Origin: Lepidodermella squamata
Lineage: Eukaryota; Animalia; Gastrotricha
Assembly (NCBI GenBank): GCA_047495785.1
Contig: JBLDXI010000054.1
Span: forward strand, 434,001-498,000
DNA: 64,000 nucleotides
Direction of reading: 5' to 3'
Under the pieces are notes generated by a model. The model made no database searches and was not told the origin of the DNA. It saw only the letters and a list, made by a program, of their open reading frames with translations. Every line of letters begins with the position of its first letter. Position 1 is the stretch's first letter. A program made the position numbers and the translations under genes. This document shows, in pieces, positions 1-12,964 of this stretch.

Positions 1-1324
1 GGCGAGTGGCAGCGTCTGCATCGGGGTCGACGTAGGGCGACATCGGTTTGACGAAATGATCAAGCAGTGCATCAGCAAGGGCAGTAGAAGGCGGCAGGAT
101 CAACAGGGGTAGGGCGAAACTTATCGAGACGACGGAGGCGGGCATAAGCCTCTCGGTAGCGGTGCTGGAACGACAGAGCTTCAACATATCGCAGGTTGGA
201 GATATCCCGCCGCAATTGCTGAGCCGCTTTCGCAGCGCGGAACTGGGCGTCCAAGGCGTTGATCCTATCGACAAGCCCGGCATCAACTCGATCGCCGAGC
301 CCACGTTCAAGAATCCTCTTTCTTTCGAGCAGGGTACGAATGTCGCGGGTCATTGAAACTTTCCTCAGCTGAGTGCGGTCGAGCAGAGGGACGGAACACG
401 GCGAGATTCGGCGATTGCCGCACCAACCTGGCGCCGATACGAGTCGATCCGAATAACTGGGTCGCCGACATTAGGCAGCGGGATTTCGGACAGCAGCCGG
501 ATCAGGGTACGAGAGAATCCGAAACGATCGGCTCTGGAGATTTCGTAGCGAGGAGCAGGGTCCACGAGTTCGTAGACGTGAGCAGGGCCAGAGCCGGACG
601 GAAGACGAACCCTGACAGACGTGCAGAAGTGATCGCTGCTGAGTCGGTCGCCAACAGACACGCCACCATCGAGAAGGCGAAGCGCCGCGTCGTTGACAAT
701 CCAGATATCGAGCGTAGACAGGGCCTTGTGAGCTTTCGACAGGTGCGTGGGAGGCGAGGAGAGAACAGTCAGACCGAGACGGGTGACGAACTGATGGACG
801 GAATAGCCGTGAGGGTTCCATAAATCGTGGGACTGTGAACCCCACAGTGGAGACTTGCCATTGAGATCCCCGCTAAAGATACAGGGGAGGCCGGAGGCGG
901 AGGCCCCAGCGAACTCGGTTTCCAAGAAGCTGAGATCCAAGGACGACGTCGGCGGACAACAGCCGGTAAGAAGACGAACAACAGACGAGCCAGCGAAAGG
1001 GACAGCATCCAAAGCGAGCCACTCACTAAGCTTGCGACCAGTCAGAGCCAGCCGCCGCTCGGCGACCACGAGAGCGCCCTCCCGAACAAACAGAGCAGCG
1101 CCGCCACGAGCGCCATTGAGCAACAGATCCTCGGAGTCCTGTACCCGATCACAACGAAAAATTGCATAATCCCTAGAGGTTACACGCAAAAGAGAGAAAA
1201 GAAAGGATTCACTTATGAAATGAGCAAAGGGTTTATAAGTCTCTAGCTGTTGACAAGCTTCAGCTTCCTTGCCGGGGAGGCCGCACGGATTCCATTGTAG
1301 TAGCGTACGCAGCGTATTAGCCAT
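1..1324 (-). mobile_element. Non-LTR retrotransposon ORF2, AP-endonuclease domain (frameshifted, runs off the window)
   Basis: MANTLRTLLQWNPCGL, ISES, GGAALFV, GDLNGK..WGS, DIWI and SDH are APE motifs. The frame breaks near 360. Confidence 0.9.
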
Positions 1325-2827
1325 TACGGGTCGAGCTGGTTTGTGGCGGCAGCGGGGAGGCGAAGAGCCGGTCGAATAAGCGTCCGACAGTGTCGAGTCG
1401 GCGCTCGAAAGCGGCTTCCATACGCTGGAACCGCTCTTCCATAAGACTAAAGAGCCGGGCGCCATCAGGCGACAGAAAGTGACCGCGGAGTGCAGGATTA
1501 ACAGGCGGAGTAGCAGGAGGCACCCACGACGGAGAAGGGGATGACCACGGAGCAGGCGTTGGTCCGCCGACAAAGTCACGGGTGGAGAGAAAGTGCGTGG
1601 GGCCACCCCGTAGGTGCTCGGGGACCTTCGCTTGTTGACGACGCTTTTCACGTTCGGCGGCTTTCGCTTCACGGGCGACGGCGATGGCACGGCGACGGGC
1701 CACCTCGTCAGCCTGGGCGGTCTTGAACGCAGGGCAGCCCCGCCACGAACCAGAATGATGAGGCTCACCGCCGCCACTGCAGTGGGGGCAACGACGATCT
1801 TCAGGCTCAGCGAGACAGGTGGAAATCGTGTGATCAGTCGCAGCACAGCGGCTGCATCGTTGCGTGGTGTCCGGAGAACAATCCACAGCGACATGGCCGT
1901 AAGCGGCGCACTTCAGACAGGTAGGCGGAGAGCCTTGCTTTTCAACTTGTGGACTTTAATGCGACGATTCAGAAACTTGACATCGTTAGCCATGGCATCC
2001 TCGTAATGCTCAGCCGTTCGAAAGACGAGCACCATCGCCGACGTCTGCTTACCAGGGAGCGGGGGAATCTCGCGGATTTCCTCGATATACTCGGGCCGGA
2101 AAAGTGGGCGCAGAGTATCGCCAGTGTAACAGGAGGGCAGGCGGTAGCATATGGCCGAGCGTTTGTCTTTCAAAATGCGATCTGATTCGGTCACAGTCGG
2201 GTCAGGCCGGCCCGGATAGTGAATGCGGAAGTCTGAGTCGCGAAACGCACCCTTAGGGAAGCCGGTACGCTTGAGTAGCTTGTCAGCGTCCGTCGCAGTG
2301 GCGCACTTCACGCGGAGGCCGCCGCTGCTCATGACATCGACAGCGACGGGCGCCGGCCATGGCGCAACGCGGACCAACTCTGGCTCGAGCTCTCCACGAG
2401 TCATGCCAGTGACGCGGTCGATTATCACGACCTTGCAGTTGACAGGCGCCTCTTGAGGTCCAATAGACGGGTGGGGAGCAGATGTACGAGTCGGGGGCGG
2501 AGGCGGCGGGTCTTCCTTGCGCGCCACTTTACGCTTGGGCGACGCTTGCTGCCAGGGCTGGTTCGACGCCCCACTGGAGGACGGGGGTGGGGAGGACGGT
2601 GGACTGTCAACAGACATCTGAAGGTCACCGAACGAAGACAGGTGAGGAGGGGACTGCCCAGTCGGCGGGCAGGGAGACGACGGAACGGTGTCAGCATTCT
2701 CCGAGCGTAACTGCTGGATTAGCTGCATGACTAGAGCAACCTGGTCGACCGTCAGATCGTCGACCCGCAGCTTCTTCGCTCTCTCTTCGACAGTCATTCC
2801 AAATGGCTTCTTCGCTGGTGTAGCCAT
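1317..2827 (-). mobile_element. Non-LTR retrotransposon ORF1 (gag-like, three zinc knuckles), frameshifted near 1915-1930
   Basis: ORFs 1913..2887 and 1317..1886 join across a 1-nt frameshift. This gives CLKCAAYGHVAVDC, CSRCAATDHTISTC and CPHC..H...C knuckles, typical of Jockey/I-group ORF1. The ORF1 3' end overlaps the ORF2 ATG. Confidence 0.85.
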
Positions 2828-3029
2828 ACTCCAGTAAACTTCCTCAAGGCTGTGGCGCGATGGGAAGCGTCGAGTAAATAATATCAATTAAAAAACCTCA
2901 GAAAATTTAATATTCAATCGCAAAAGATTTGAAATGCGGCTGTAACTTTCTTCCCCATAGTATTTATCATTATGAGTTTCAAGCTTGAAATGGAGATCGA
3001 ATGAAATGGGACCACATTCAACGGTTGTA

Positions 3030-3165
3030 AGACAGTTCAGCAAAACTTAGTTCAGCAAGCAACGTCAGTTCAGCAGTGATATTTGAGCAGGAGACTCTTC
3101 AGCAACCGCTACTTCAGCAGACGCTATTTCAGCAGACAGCACTTTAGCTGGCGACCATTCAACCC
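3030..3165. repeat. Short tandem array of ~15-16-bp units containing TTCAGCA (probable MITE subterminal repeat)
   Basis: About 8 degenerate TTCAGCA-containing units. Confidence 0.55.
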
Positions 3166-5359
3166 ATTGTGTCTTTGTGTGTATATTTGCCAGGATACAA
3201 ACGAAGATGTTTATGTTTTTATGTTTTATGCCCCTATTGATGTTAAGTTTTTCTGGGCTGTAATTTAGACGTATTTAAACGTATTGTCCTGCAGTTTTAG
3301 TGTTATAAATTGTTGAATTCGTTTGTGCGAAGCTGACAAATCAACAACTGGAAAGCTTAAAAAAGGTGAGATTGCGATACATCATACTTTGTAGAAGCGT
3401 ATCTGAATAGTTCGAACTGAAATGGCCGGCTGTAAAGCGCTTTTCTCCCAAAAACAGAAATCGGTTGTTACTGGTCGGAACTATCGAGAGAGGTCTTCGA
3501 ACTAGAGCTCAGCTTCTGACTTTTACCGTGCCGTAATTCCTTTGAAATAATCGGAAAGGATTTGATTCTTCGAAAGCTGCCTTTTTTGCGAATTCACCTT
3601 TTCCGGCGAGGTGAAAGTTGTCAACTGTCCCTGGTTTTGTTTCCCCGATTCAAATGCGAATTTCATTATATTGTTTGGTAACGATTTCTGTTTTGTAATA
3701 TCTAAAGGCATTGTTCATCTGAATTTTAAATTTTGTCTAACATAATGCCGCGAACTCCATTTCATGCCGATCAAGTCTCTCAATTGAAGAAGGTAACGCT
3801 GAGACTTTGCTTTTTTAACATTTCTTCTTATTGTATTAAGTGCCACTGATATTCAACACTTGCTCAGTGCTTGGAGTTGAGGCGAAATCGCAAGATTACC
3901 AAGGATATGGCTGCGTTTATAGCGAAAAACATCGGCACAACGGTTGTTAGAGTTCAAAACTGGTTTCACGCAAGAAGGAAAGGAGTTGAAGAGAAAACTA
4001 AGAAGAAGTTGCGAATCGAAGATATTCTCGGACAAGAAAATTTCAAATTGTTGATTTTGGAGGTGCAACATGATCCCAAGTTGGCAAAGGCGAGAAAGCA
4101 GCTGCTAGCCCGAAACTTTGGCCTTCCTGAGTGGCAAGTTAAAAGATTTTTCAGTATGCATCGCATCAAACAAAAGGCTGTTCGCACGATCATGACAAAA
4201 CAGCAGAAGGAAATATTCGAAAAAGTAAGCTTTGAAACGATGTAAAGTATATTTCATCTATCAGAAATTCTTGAACTATTAAGTTTGCTGTTTACTTTTT
4301 CCAATGTTTAACGCCAATATTTTCATGGGGAAATCTTGCTTGTCAAAAATTAATGCCTTGGTTGCTGCTAGAAGTTCTCAGTCGACAAAAAATATTCGGG
4401 CTATTTTCTGGTAGTGCTTCTCATATATTTAATCAATATTCTGGTTACTCTTTTATCAGGAATTCAGGAAGAATTGCAGCATGTCACAGCAGAGATTGAA
4501 CGAAATTGCCGAAGTTATGGGCATAACATCTCGTCAGGCCGGATGTCTTGTTGCTAAACAACGAACACGAGAGGGAATCCGTAGAATGGCGAAATCTGAA
4601 TCCATTCTATTCACGAATTCTCAACTGGCAGAACTAGAGGAAGCATTCCAGTCAACAGTGGCGATGGGCGATAGCTTTGACGATGTCCTCGTTCAAAGAT
4701 TGGCCATCAACACTGGATTGAAGAAAACCGTGATCAGAAATCGTTCGAGTTGCGACGTAAGAGACCTCGTTAGGCAGTACTTTCATGCGGTTTGTAATAA
4801 AATACTTGGTACTGGTATAAGCTACTGTTTATTCGTTAGTAATAGCATCATTATCGCGGCGCATCCGATACCGAGCGGTTGCAACGCCTACCAGAATGCG
4901 TACTGCGCACAAACGCTTCAGACAATTTCTCCGTTATCATGGCCAAATTCTTAAAATCAACCAAGTTTATCCTCTTCTTCCTTATTTCACCTTCGTTCAT
5001 TTCGAGCGTAGTCTAGGATAATACTTTTCTGTCTCTCTGTATCTATATTACTAAACGACGAAGGTCCTCAACGGCTAAATTTGAATTTTCCTTTGTATTC
5101 GGCGGCATGCTTAAATAGTATACTTCTACTCACTGGGTAGCCGAGTGCTTAGTGTCATTAGATAGAGAATAAAAAACTACTCGAGCGAAAAATGCCAGAT
5201 TTCGAATCCGTCAAATCCGCAGTGTCAAAAATGCCAAAAAACAAATAGAGCGCTTTCTGATTTTGAACGCAATTTAATTTAAAATACGAAAACATTTTTA
5301 AACTGTTAGTTAATTACTAAATCAAATTCTTATTAATTGAAATTTAAATATTTTCCATG

Positions 5360-6145
5360 GCGACGCGTTTGCGGGGAAATTCAAAAATTCCGGTCGCCGG
5401 GCGCCGCGTCGCCTGACCTTTGGGGTTCCATTATCTCAACCAAGGACACGTCCACGGGGTCGGGGCATGGCAAATTCGTGCTCAGCATGGTCGAATTGAT
5501 AATTACAGCATGAGAAAAGCAAATAAATCAAAAAAAAATTAATTATGTTGATCTCATGCATTGTCGTCACTATTCACAGGTACCATGATGGAAGACGCTC
5601 TAGATGTTACTCCTTGAGGGCGAATGGCGACTTTTAAAAGCTTTTACTACTGCTTTTCTATCTTAGATTTGTTGATTTCGTAGAAATAGATGGTTAATTA
5701 GTGTTTTCACATCTCATGAACGTCCTTTGCAAGATGTTGGATGTTCATGTTACGCATCCCTTTTAGGTTTAACCTCACTCATCTATTGCAAGATCTTCTG
5801 AGACTGGCTCAGGTCTGTAGAGCATCTACCAAGATCATTTTATTAATGAATCAACTATGCTGAGTAAGAAAAACAACAGTAAAACCTTCGGGGAGTAATC
5901 CATCACCTCAAGGACTGAACTAATTCGACTTAGCCATGTTACAAGTGTTCTTGCCTGTGCATGAATCAGATATGCTAACCCTTTCATATATTCACATTTC
6001 TATCTGGGCTTTCTAATCAAATCGACCATGTTGATGACGAATCTTAAGTGCGTTAACTTCAGGGACGTGTCTTTAGTTGAGATTTTAGAACCCATCAGTG
6101 TAGTCGACGCGGTTACCAGTGATCCGAAATTTGAGAAATTCCACG
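5360..6145. mobile_element. Degenerate foldback element (long imperfect inverted repeat)
   Basis: 5420-5500 (GGGTTCCATTATCTCAACCAAGGACACGTCC...CATGGTCGAATTGAT) mirrors 6016-6095. 5613-5660 mirrors 5868-5913. Confidence 0.65.
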
Positions 6146-6325
6146 GTGGGTATACATTGGGTTCTAATTCGCCTGTTATTTACTAGTTGTCTTGTTGAAC
6201 CATGAACCATGACCCATGACCATCACCACTTGTTGAAACATGACCAGAGTCTTCGAAAGGGCATACTTTGTTATTGAGTTTCTCATTCCCGGAGCAACAT
6301 TGCATGCAACCCACGAAAATGCATA

Positions 6326-6714
6326 CCGTATTTTGTGGATAAACGACGATTAGTGACGAAAAATCGCAACCTATCCAACTTAACCACTTACCCAGCAGGC
6401 GCTCATGTAAGCCACTTCATACAAGGCCCTGCCTATTAATACGGTTCTGCCCAGTGTGCGAAGTAGGACTTGGGACCTGAGGTGTTTTCTACCTGTTTTC
6501 TAGAACCCAGCCGAAGAAACCAAAGGGTCCCCCCTGTGGTTTTTTCAGCCTTTCTCTGGTTGGAGCCCTGGAGCTGGGGTGTCGCGACACCCCAGCACCC
6601 CTGTACTTCGCACCCTGGTTCTGCCCTTTATTATTTCAAATGACCATTACCCTCTGCCCTTTATTCCGGTTCTGCCCAATAATTGGGTCCTGCCTAATAA
6701 TTCGTAAAATACGG
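6326..6714. mobile_element. Tc1/mariner/pogo-type MITE (TA TSD)
   Basis: TA|CCGTATTTT...AAAATACGG|TA. Internal CTGCCC repeats are shared with the element at 53360-53773. Confidence 0.65.
6452..6617. mobile_element. hAT-type MITE nested in the previous MITE (8-bp TSD GTTCTGCC)
   Basis: CAGTGTGCGAAGTA...TACTTCGCACCCTG with GTTCTGCC on both sides. Related copies at ~21098-21260, ~61190-61283 and ~61790-61926. Confidence 0.85.
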
Positions 6715-7753
6715 TATTATGGAACTATGGACTAGATGAGCCAATTTTTCGACTATTCAGCCCCTAAATCCTGAAAATGCCAAGATAGCACTTATTACGC
6801 TATTATTCATAACCTATTTTGTGAATATCCTTCTCCATTATCTCGCAGATATTTCGTTATCCTTCTTAAATTCTATGACATGAAAAAGCGATCACATATT
6901 TTTCTGTTTCGATCACAGAATCAATCGCATTTCATGTTTTGTCAACTTTTTATGAGCCGTTGAGCCGTACGAGCTAAAGTGAACTACAACCTACAACCTT
7001 GTGCGAAGCACGTGAAATCACTGGAAGTAGATTCGCAGCCGCACAGGGTCTATAGTAGAATCGCACAATGTTTGCGTACTTGGTAGCATTCGAGAATTGC
7101 TAGGATGATTTGCATCCCTACATCCTAAGAAAGATAGCGAATGTTCTTGGTAATGTCATCTGGTTAGCGATTTAGCGATAATTGATGATTAGCAATTAAC
7201 AGCGATTCCGCCGTATTCGAGTAATGCTCGATTGGCTTGATTCCTATACGACAAATCCAGACCCACCATGCAAGTTTGGGTTTCACGATTTTTGCGCGGA
7301 CTTCGTAATGAAATACTACGTCTAGAGCAAAATGCCACGGACTAATTGTTATCAAAGAAAACAAAGAAAGTATATTTTACAAAGCGCATCCACTCGGTCA
7401 TTTTTGTTGGAATCCTATAATTAGGGCTATCAGGAATGCTGACGGCACTTCAAACCGATCTATTGGCGAGAATGTAGATTCTCCGGGGTTCAGAGTAAGT
7501 GAAGGCTAAAAAGTGGCGCGTACTTCACGATGAGAACGGGTTACGGGTAGATCTCTGGAGCAACTGGAGCGATTTGTTCTGCTTGGCAAGGATAAATCAA
7601 AGCGCAGCTTGTTAGAGACAAATCTGATCTGCTCTAGGTATTAAAATTTAACACTTAATGAGCTTAATTAGTCTCCAATAGACTAATTCTTCGTTTTGAA
7701 AGGGGAGAAAACAGCATTCAAAGCAGGATGCATCGCCATCACTACTCCGTAGT

Positions 7754-7939
7754 TGTTAGCGTCGTTGAATAACTCGGATTCGGGCTTGTTCACGTCAGTT
7801 ACAGATTACAGACAGTTGACGGGTGTCAAGTTTGCTTCCCCTCTTCATTTATAACGCTCCTATCACCTTTTACTTGTCACTATTCATCTTGTAACTGACG
7901 TGAACAAGCCCAGATCTGAGTTATTCAACGACGCTAACG
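7754..7939. mobile_element. Hairpin MITE, copy 1
   Basis: ~50-bp TIRs GTTAGCGTCGTTGAATAACTC.../...GAGTTATTCAACGACGCTAAC. Confidence 0.8.
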
Positions 7940-8273
7940 CTCCCGTTTCTGTGGCTTACGAAGTTAGTTATCGTTAGTTAGTTTGCTAGATACCCAATAG
8001 AGTATCGCCGTCCTCTATTCTTGAAAATTGTTACTTCACCTGTTTCGGTTTTAGGGGATACATTTTCAGAAAACTTTGAATACCGCTTGTTTTATGATTG
8101 CGACACTACAAAGATTATCCGCTACCTTCCAGCGGCGGGGTCTACTTTCAATAATATTACGTGTTCATAAATATCATTCTATAATTTTTCGCAGTAATCA
8201 GATGAACTTTCTATTTAGAATGGGTCATTTCTAAAATAGTTAGTAATGATTCATCAAAATCTTATCGCAATAT

Positions 8274-8458
8274 CGTTAGCGACGTTGAATAACTTTAATT
8301 TGGGCTTATTTAAATCTGTTTCAAGGTCACGGGTGACAAGTAAAAATGACATTTTTCAAAGTACAAAGAGGCAAAAACAAAATGCTTTTTACTTGTTACC
8401 TATCAATTTGAAATAGATGCAAACAAGCCTAAATCCGAGTTATTCAGCGTCGCTAACG
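8274..8458. mobile_element. Hairpin MITE, copy 2 (ATAT TSD)
   Basis: ATAT|CGTTAGCGACGTTGAATAAC...GTTATTCAGCGTCGCTAACG|ATAT. Confidence 0.8.
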
Positions 8459-9951
8459 ATATCTCTCAAAGCTATTAAAGTAGCAATAGTGCATCCTATT
8501 AGCTGCCGAATTGTTAAATTGAAAATGTTAAATTCTGCATTGTTGATAGGATTATTTTACTTCAACTTTTACGCGAAGTCGCCCCTTTATTTATAGCTGA
8601 TTGGATATTGATTGGGAATCAGAAATGGAAAATAGGCGAAATTCCGGCAAAAGGTCGCTACTAAACTATTGCTGAGTGCTGGCTATTTCGATACATTCAT
8701 AGCAATTTGAGATGCAACCGCTCCGCAGTTGTAAACAACCGCAATATAGCGGTATAATAATATATAGAAATATGCGCTAGCACTGGCGGTCCCTTACGTC
8801 GCAACACGAACGAAATTGGTTCCAGGACAGGCGCAAATCTGCTGGCCTAGTAAAGAAACAAAAAACTCTCGATCCAAGTAGTATTCGCGCTCTCAATGCC
8901 GTGGGTTCAATTCTTGATTAAAGGCTGCAGTGTTCCAAATATGTTGTAAACAGGAATTCGCTGTATCGAGCCGTTTGGAAGTAGAAAGAAGGCTAGAGAT
9001 AGTGGAAAAGTTTGGATTAAAACCCAGCCAGGTTCGTCACTTCTTCGTTAGAAAACGGAAACAATTAGGTATAGCGAAAAAGAAGCAATCCCGTCCTCGA
9101 ACACTGGTTAATTTCCAGAAAAAAACCTTGACTAAGGTGTGAAGAGGCTTATAATTCCAAACGGTGTAATTTTTTAATTTCTTCTTTTTGCACTCAGGAA
9201 TTCAATGAGAATCCAGATCTACTGGAAACTGGAATGAGTCGCCTTGCAGAAAGTCTGGAAATCCCTTTTAACATTGTGAAAGGTTTCTTCGAAAATCACC
9301 GCTCAAAAGCTCGAGGTCCTGCTAGACGTCGAGCAAGAAGAGCATTGACCTGGGAACAGCGGCTTCTTCTAGAAAAGGTGATTCCTGAAAAGTTTCAAGA
9401 TTCCAAGAATTGCTTTATATCATCATTGCGATTCCATTTATTTAGGAGTATAAAATCTCCGAATTCGTAACTCATGAGCAAGCTCAACGCCTAGCTTCTT
9501 CAATGGGGCATTCAATCGCGAAGGCAATTACTAATGCATTTTAATTATTAGTTATTTTTTCAATTCTTTTCATTTAATAGATAAAGAGGTGGTTCAATTC
9601 TAAACGGTTTTATGAAAAAACTAAGCAGAAGACAGTTGGTTCTTGAACATCTTGGTTTCTCCTGTTACAAACTACAGTTCATGGCGAATATTTACCTACC
9701 TTACGGAACGGTTACAAGCAATTTTATCGGGCTTGGAGGTTTCTCCATCCGTATCTGGTATTATTACAGTTTTGAATAGGGAATTCCCAGGCTAAATACC
9801 CAGAAATCGTGATGAATATCGTAATTGTACATTATAGAAATTGTAATGATCTTTTATCTCATCAATTGTGACCGATTTTTTCCGTAGGTAAAAAACATAA
9901 AACATAAAAATCTAAATCTAGGTGTAATCTAAATACTTCTAAATACGCGAT

Positions 9952-10176
9952 TTGAAAGACGTTTTTGCTAAAAGCGTAATGGAGAGTGGGAAATTCGATG
10001 AAGCTCGCTGTAGAAGCATAGCTGGCAAGGTCGGATTGAAATTGACAGCGGTGAAGATGAAGCGCTGGTTCGCCCAGAAACGGAAATTGGTTGGCATCGG
10101 TGCGAGGCGAATTTTTCAGAGTGATCTTTTAACTAGAGCTCAGCTTCATACGAAGGACCGCGCCAAAATTCCTTGA
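9952..10176 (+). pseudogene. Isolated, divergent HD4-like homeobox fragment
   Basis: LKDVFAKSVMESGKFDEARCRSIAGKVGLKLTAVKMKRWFAQKRK aligns to HD4 (LQEAFQSTV..GDSFD.ALY..LA.KTGLK..V..WF...RK). Confidence 0.65.
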
Positions 10177-10574
10177 AACTAATCGGAATATTCGAATGCA
10201 TAAAGAGCTGCCTTGTTGTGATTCTCCCCAGTGAAAGGAAAGAATCTCAGCCCATATCGCAGGGTGGTCGAAGGAACGATCTGCCTAAAATATATAAACA
10301 AATATATAAATAAATCTGCCTAAAATATAAACAATGCTTTAGATGCATAGAAAAAACTGGCTCAGTTTTTCCGGCAAGCGACTGACTTGGTCTAGATGCA
10401 AAAATATATTTTCCGCCATTTGTTTCTATTTTAGGCAGGTCGTGGGCAGTCGCCCACTCCGCGATATGTACCTGGCGCTCGCTGGCAGTTTCACAAAAGA
10501 GAAGACGGTAACAGACTTTGGTTTCACAGTAATCGGTCAGCATTCCTAATCAGACGTACATACTAATTTTAATT

Positions 10575-12211
10575 CACTTGAGAAGCCGGTCAGGTCTCTT
10601 ACTCGATGTAGATTATAAATATATTTTTTTAGCGTTCTTTATATTGTTAATTGCAATTTTTCAAACTCTTGCTCATCAGTGCTTCGATTTATTGCGGAGG
10701 CGTAATCTAAGCGCAACTAACAAAAAGGATATTGCTGCGTCATAGCGAGATTGGCCTATCCGTTTTAAAGTTGAAAACTGGGTTCACGCAAGGAAGAGAA
10801 AAAGTGTTGCGAAGATGATCAAGAATAGTCGGCGATTTCAAGATATTATTGGGGTCGAGAAATGCGAACTGTTGAAATTGGAAGTGAAACTTAATTCCAA
10901 GTTGCTCAAGGCGAGAAAGCAGCTGCTGGCACGAAAATTTGGACTTACCGAGCGTCAGGTTGAAAGATTCTTCAGCAAACATAGCACTCAACGAACGGCT
11001 CGCTTCAAGCTAACATCTCAGCAGAATGAAACATTCGAGAAGGTATAATCAAGATGCGATATTTGATTAATATTAGGAGTGATCGTTATAGGAATTCAAG
11101 CAGAATCCTTCCACTTCGTTGCAAAGACTCAACGAGGTGGCAGAAGCCTTGGGCATAACATTTTACCAGGCCACGCATCTTTTCAAAAAACGGCGAGCTC
11201 AATTGGGAATTCACGGTATAGCTGGGACATCTAAATCCGTTGGAATCACGGATTCTCAACTTGCCGAACTGCAGGAAGCATTCCAATCCACGTTGGTTAG
11301 GGGCGGAAGCTTTGACGATGCTCTCTATCAAGGTTTGGCCGAGAAAACCGGATTGAAAAGAACCGCGGTCATGAAGTGGTTCTTAGCCCAGCGCAAATCT
11401 GCTGGCCTCGTAAGGAAATACGAAACTCTCACTCGAAGTAGTATCAGCTTTCTGAATGCCGTGAGTTCAACTCTTGATCATAGTTTACAGTTTACAATGT
11501 ATATAAAATTGTGTGCCTCAGGAATTCGCTGTTTCGAGCCGAATAGAAGACGGCAGAGCGCTAGCAATTGCAGACAAGTTGGGATTAAATTTCAGAAAGG
11601 TCACATCTTTTTTCTATATGAAGCGGAGACACTTGAGAACTGTTAATAATGAGCAATCTCGTCTTGGCACACTGAAGCATGATCAACGAAATGCCTTGAC
11701 TAAGGTGTGATAGTGCTCATAATTCCTAACATTGACGTTTTGTGCTTTGTTATTTTGTTTTCAGGAGTTTCCTGAGAATGAAGATCCACAGAAAAATCGC
11801 ATGACTAGTCTAGCTGACAGAATGGAATCACCTTCTGATATTGTGAAACCTTTCTTCGAAATCCAAAATGGTAAAAAACGAGCTCCTGCTAGACGTCGAG
11901 GAAAAATCTTCTTTACCTTGGAGCAGCGTCTTCTCCTAGAAAAGGTGATTAACTCGATAAATTTCAAGATTCCATGATCGCTTTTATTCATCTTTCAATT
12001 TTCCAGGAGTATGAAATCTCTAAATTCGTAACACATGAGCAAGCTGAACGCCTAGCTACATCTATGGGATTATCGACCGAGAGGGCAATAAAGCTTTCAC
12101 TTTGTTTCCGAGTTCCTCATAAATTACTTCAATTTTTAGATACGCGGATGGTTCAGGTCGAAACGGTTTTATGAACAAGAGCAACATAAAAAACATAAGG
12201 AAGGATCATGA
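10575..12211 (+). pseudogene. Seven-homeodomain gene copy 2 (degenerate exon 1, frameshifted HD1)
   Basis: The exon 1 relic lacks an ATG and a GT donor. Exon 2 hits TAG at ~10742. Exons for HD2-HD7 are recognisable, with the GC donor after GAGAGG and last exon 12140-12211. Confidence 0.8.
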
Positions 12212-12329
12212 ACTCCAGATCTCACGAAGGACTTCCTAGCAATAAGTCAAGCAATATGCTCTGATTTTTGGTTTTTTAAACGTTTTTTTGATATTATTAG
12301 CCGTACTATATTTTTTAAGGCGAATACTT

Positions 12330-12950
12330 CTTTTTTAGTGAAGCGAAATACCCAGGATTAATATTGTAATTTTACCTGAGCAGTTGCGACGAGCTCTGAA
12401 CTTCTCCTGTTGAAATTTTACTCGTCGCGTCGAATGTTTACTGACAAACTGACTGCCTAATTTGTAGCATAATATTAATAAACGGCTATAAGGTTGATGG
12501 GCATTTTTCAGATTTATTAGATTTAGATTTTTCGCTGTTCTGTCGGTTTCTCGAGTGGATTCGGAGTTGAAACTGGTGTCGAGCTGCCGATCTTCTTGAT
12601 GATGTTCGCGGCGGTTCGTGGATCTCAAACCTCGATCGAATTTGTTCACTACCTTTGCCGGCTCCCACGATTTTGTGAAGGTACGTCATGAACCCAGCAT
12701 AACGTCTGAGTTTGAGGGCTGGGAGTTGCACCCCGGTAATTTTGCAAAAACGATCTTGAACTGAGTCCAGTCGATCCAGGATTGAAGGTGCCGCGTGGGC
12801 ATACGCAATCATTCCACCCTCCAATATGGACCAGCAGTAGGTTTTGAAGGCATTTCCAAGCTGTTTTTTGAGAGGTACGGTTGTAACCTGAATAGTTGCG
12901 TAACTACCGTGTTGGCTTGTGCAACTTATCCGAATACACTGATCCATGGT
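12330..12950 (-). mobile_element. LINE ORF2 C-terminal fragment (second family, CR1/L2-like)
   Basis: FKTYCWSILEGGMIAYAHAAPSILDRLDSVQDRFCK...LKLRR resembles the post-RT region of non-LTR ORF2. Confidence 0.6.
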
Positions 12951-12964
12951 TAGCCCCGAGTAAG

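Larger units (their letters stand above)
4742..8812. mobile_element. Non-autonomous DNA transposon, 25-bp TIRs, 4-bp AAAT TSD (Sola-like), carrying nested elements
   Basis: Left end CGTTCGAGTTGCGACGTAAGAGACC; right end GGTCCCTTACGTCGCAACACGAACG (2 mismatches). AAAT on both flanks. No transposase ORF. Confidence 0.85.
3745..9646 (+). pseudogene. Seven-homeodomain gene copy 1, interrupted in HD4 by a 4.07-kb transposon
   Basis: Exons 3745-3792, 3868-4224, 4460-4741+8817-8900, 8954-9136, 9198-9377, 9446-9523 (GC donor), 9581-9646. Removing 4742-8812 and one AAAT restores VIRNWFQDRRKS. Confidence 0.85.

Noticed and set aside
353-2730. Plus-strand ORFs over the LINE, and antisense ORFs over channel, GPCR and homeobox genes
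   Set aside because: These are shadow ORFs of the real coding strand, with no recognisable motifs.
3030-3165. CRISPR-like repeat array
   Set aside because: The units are ~15 bp, degenerate and have no spacers. The context is eukaryotic with no cas genes.
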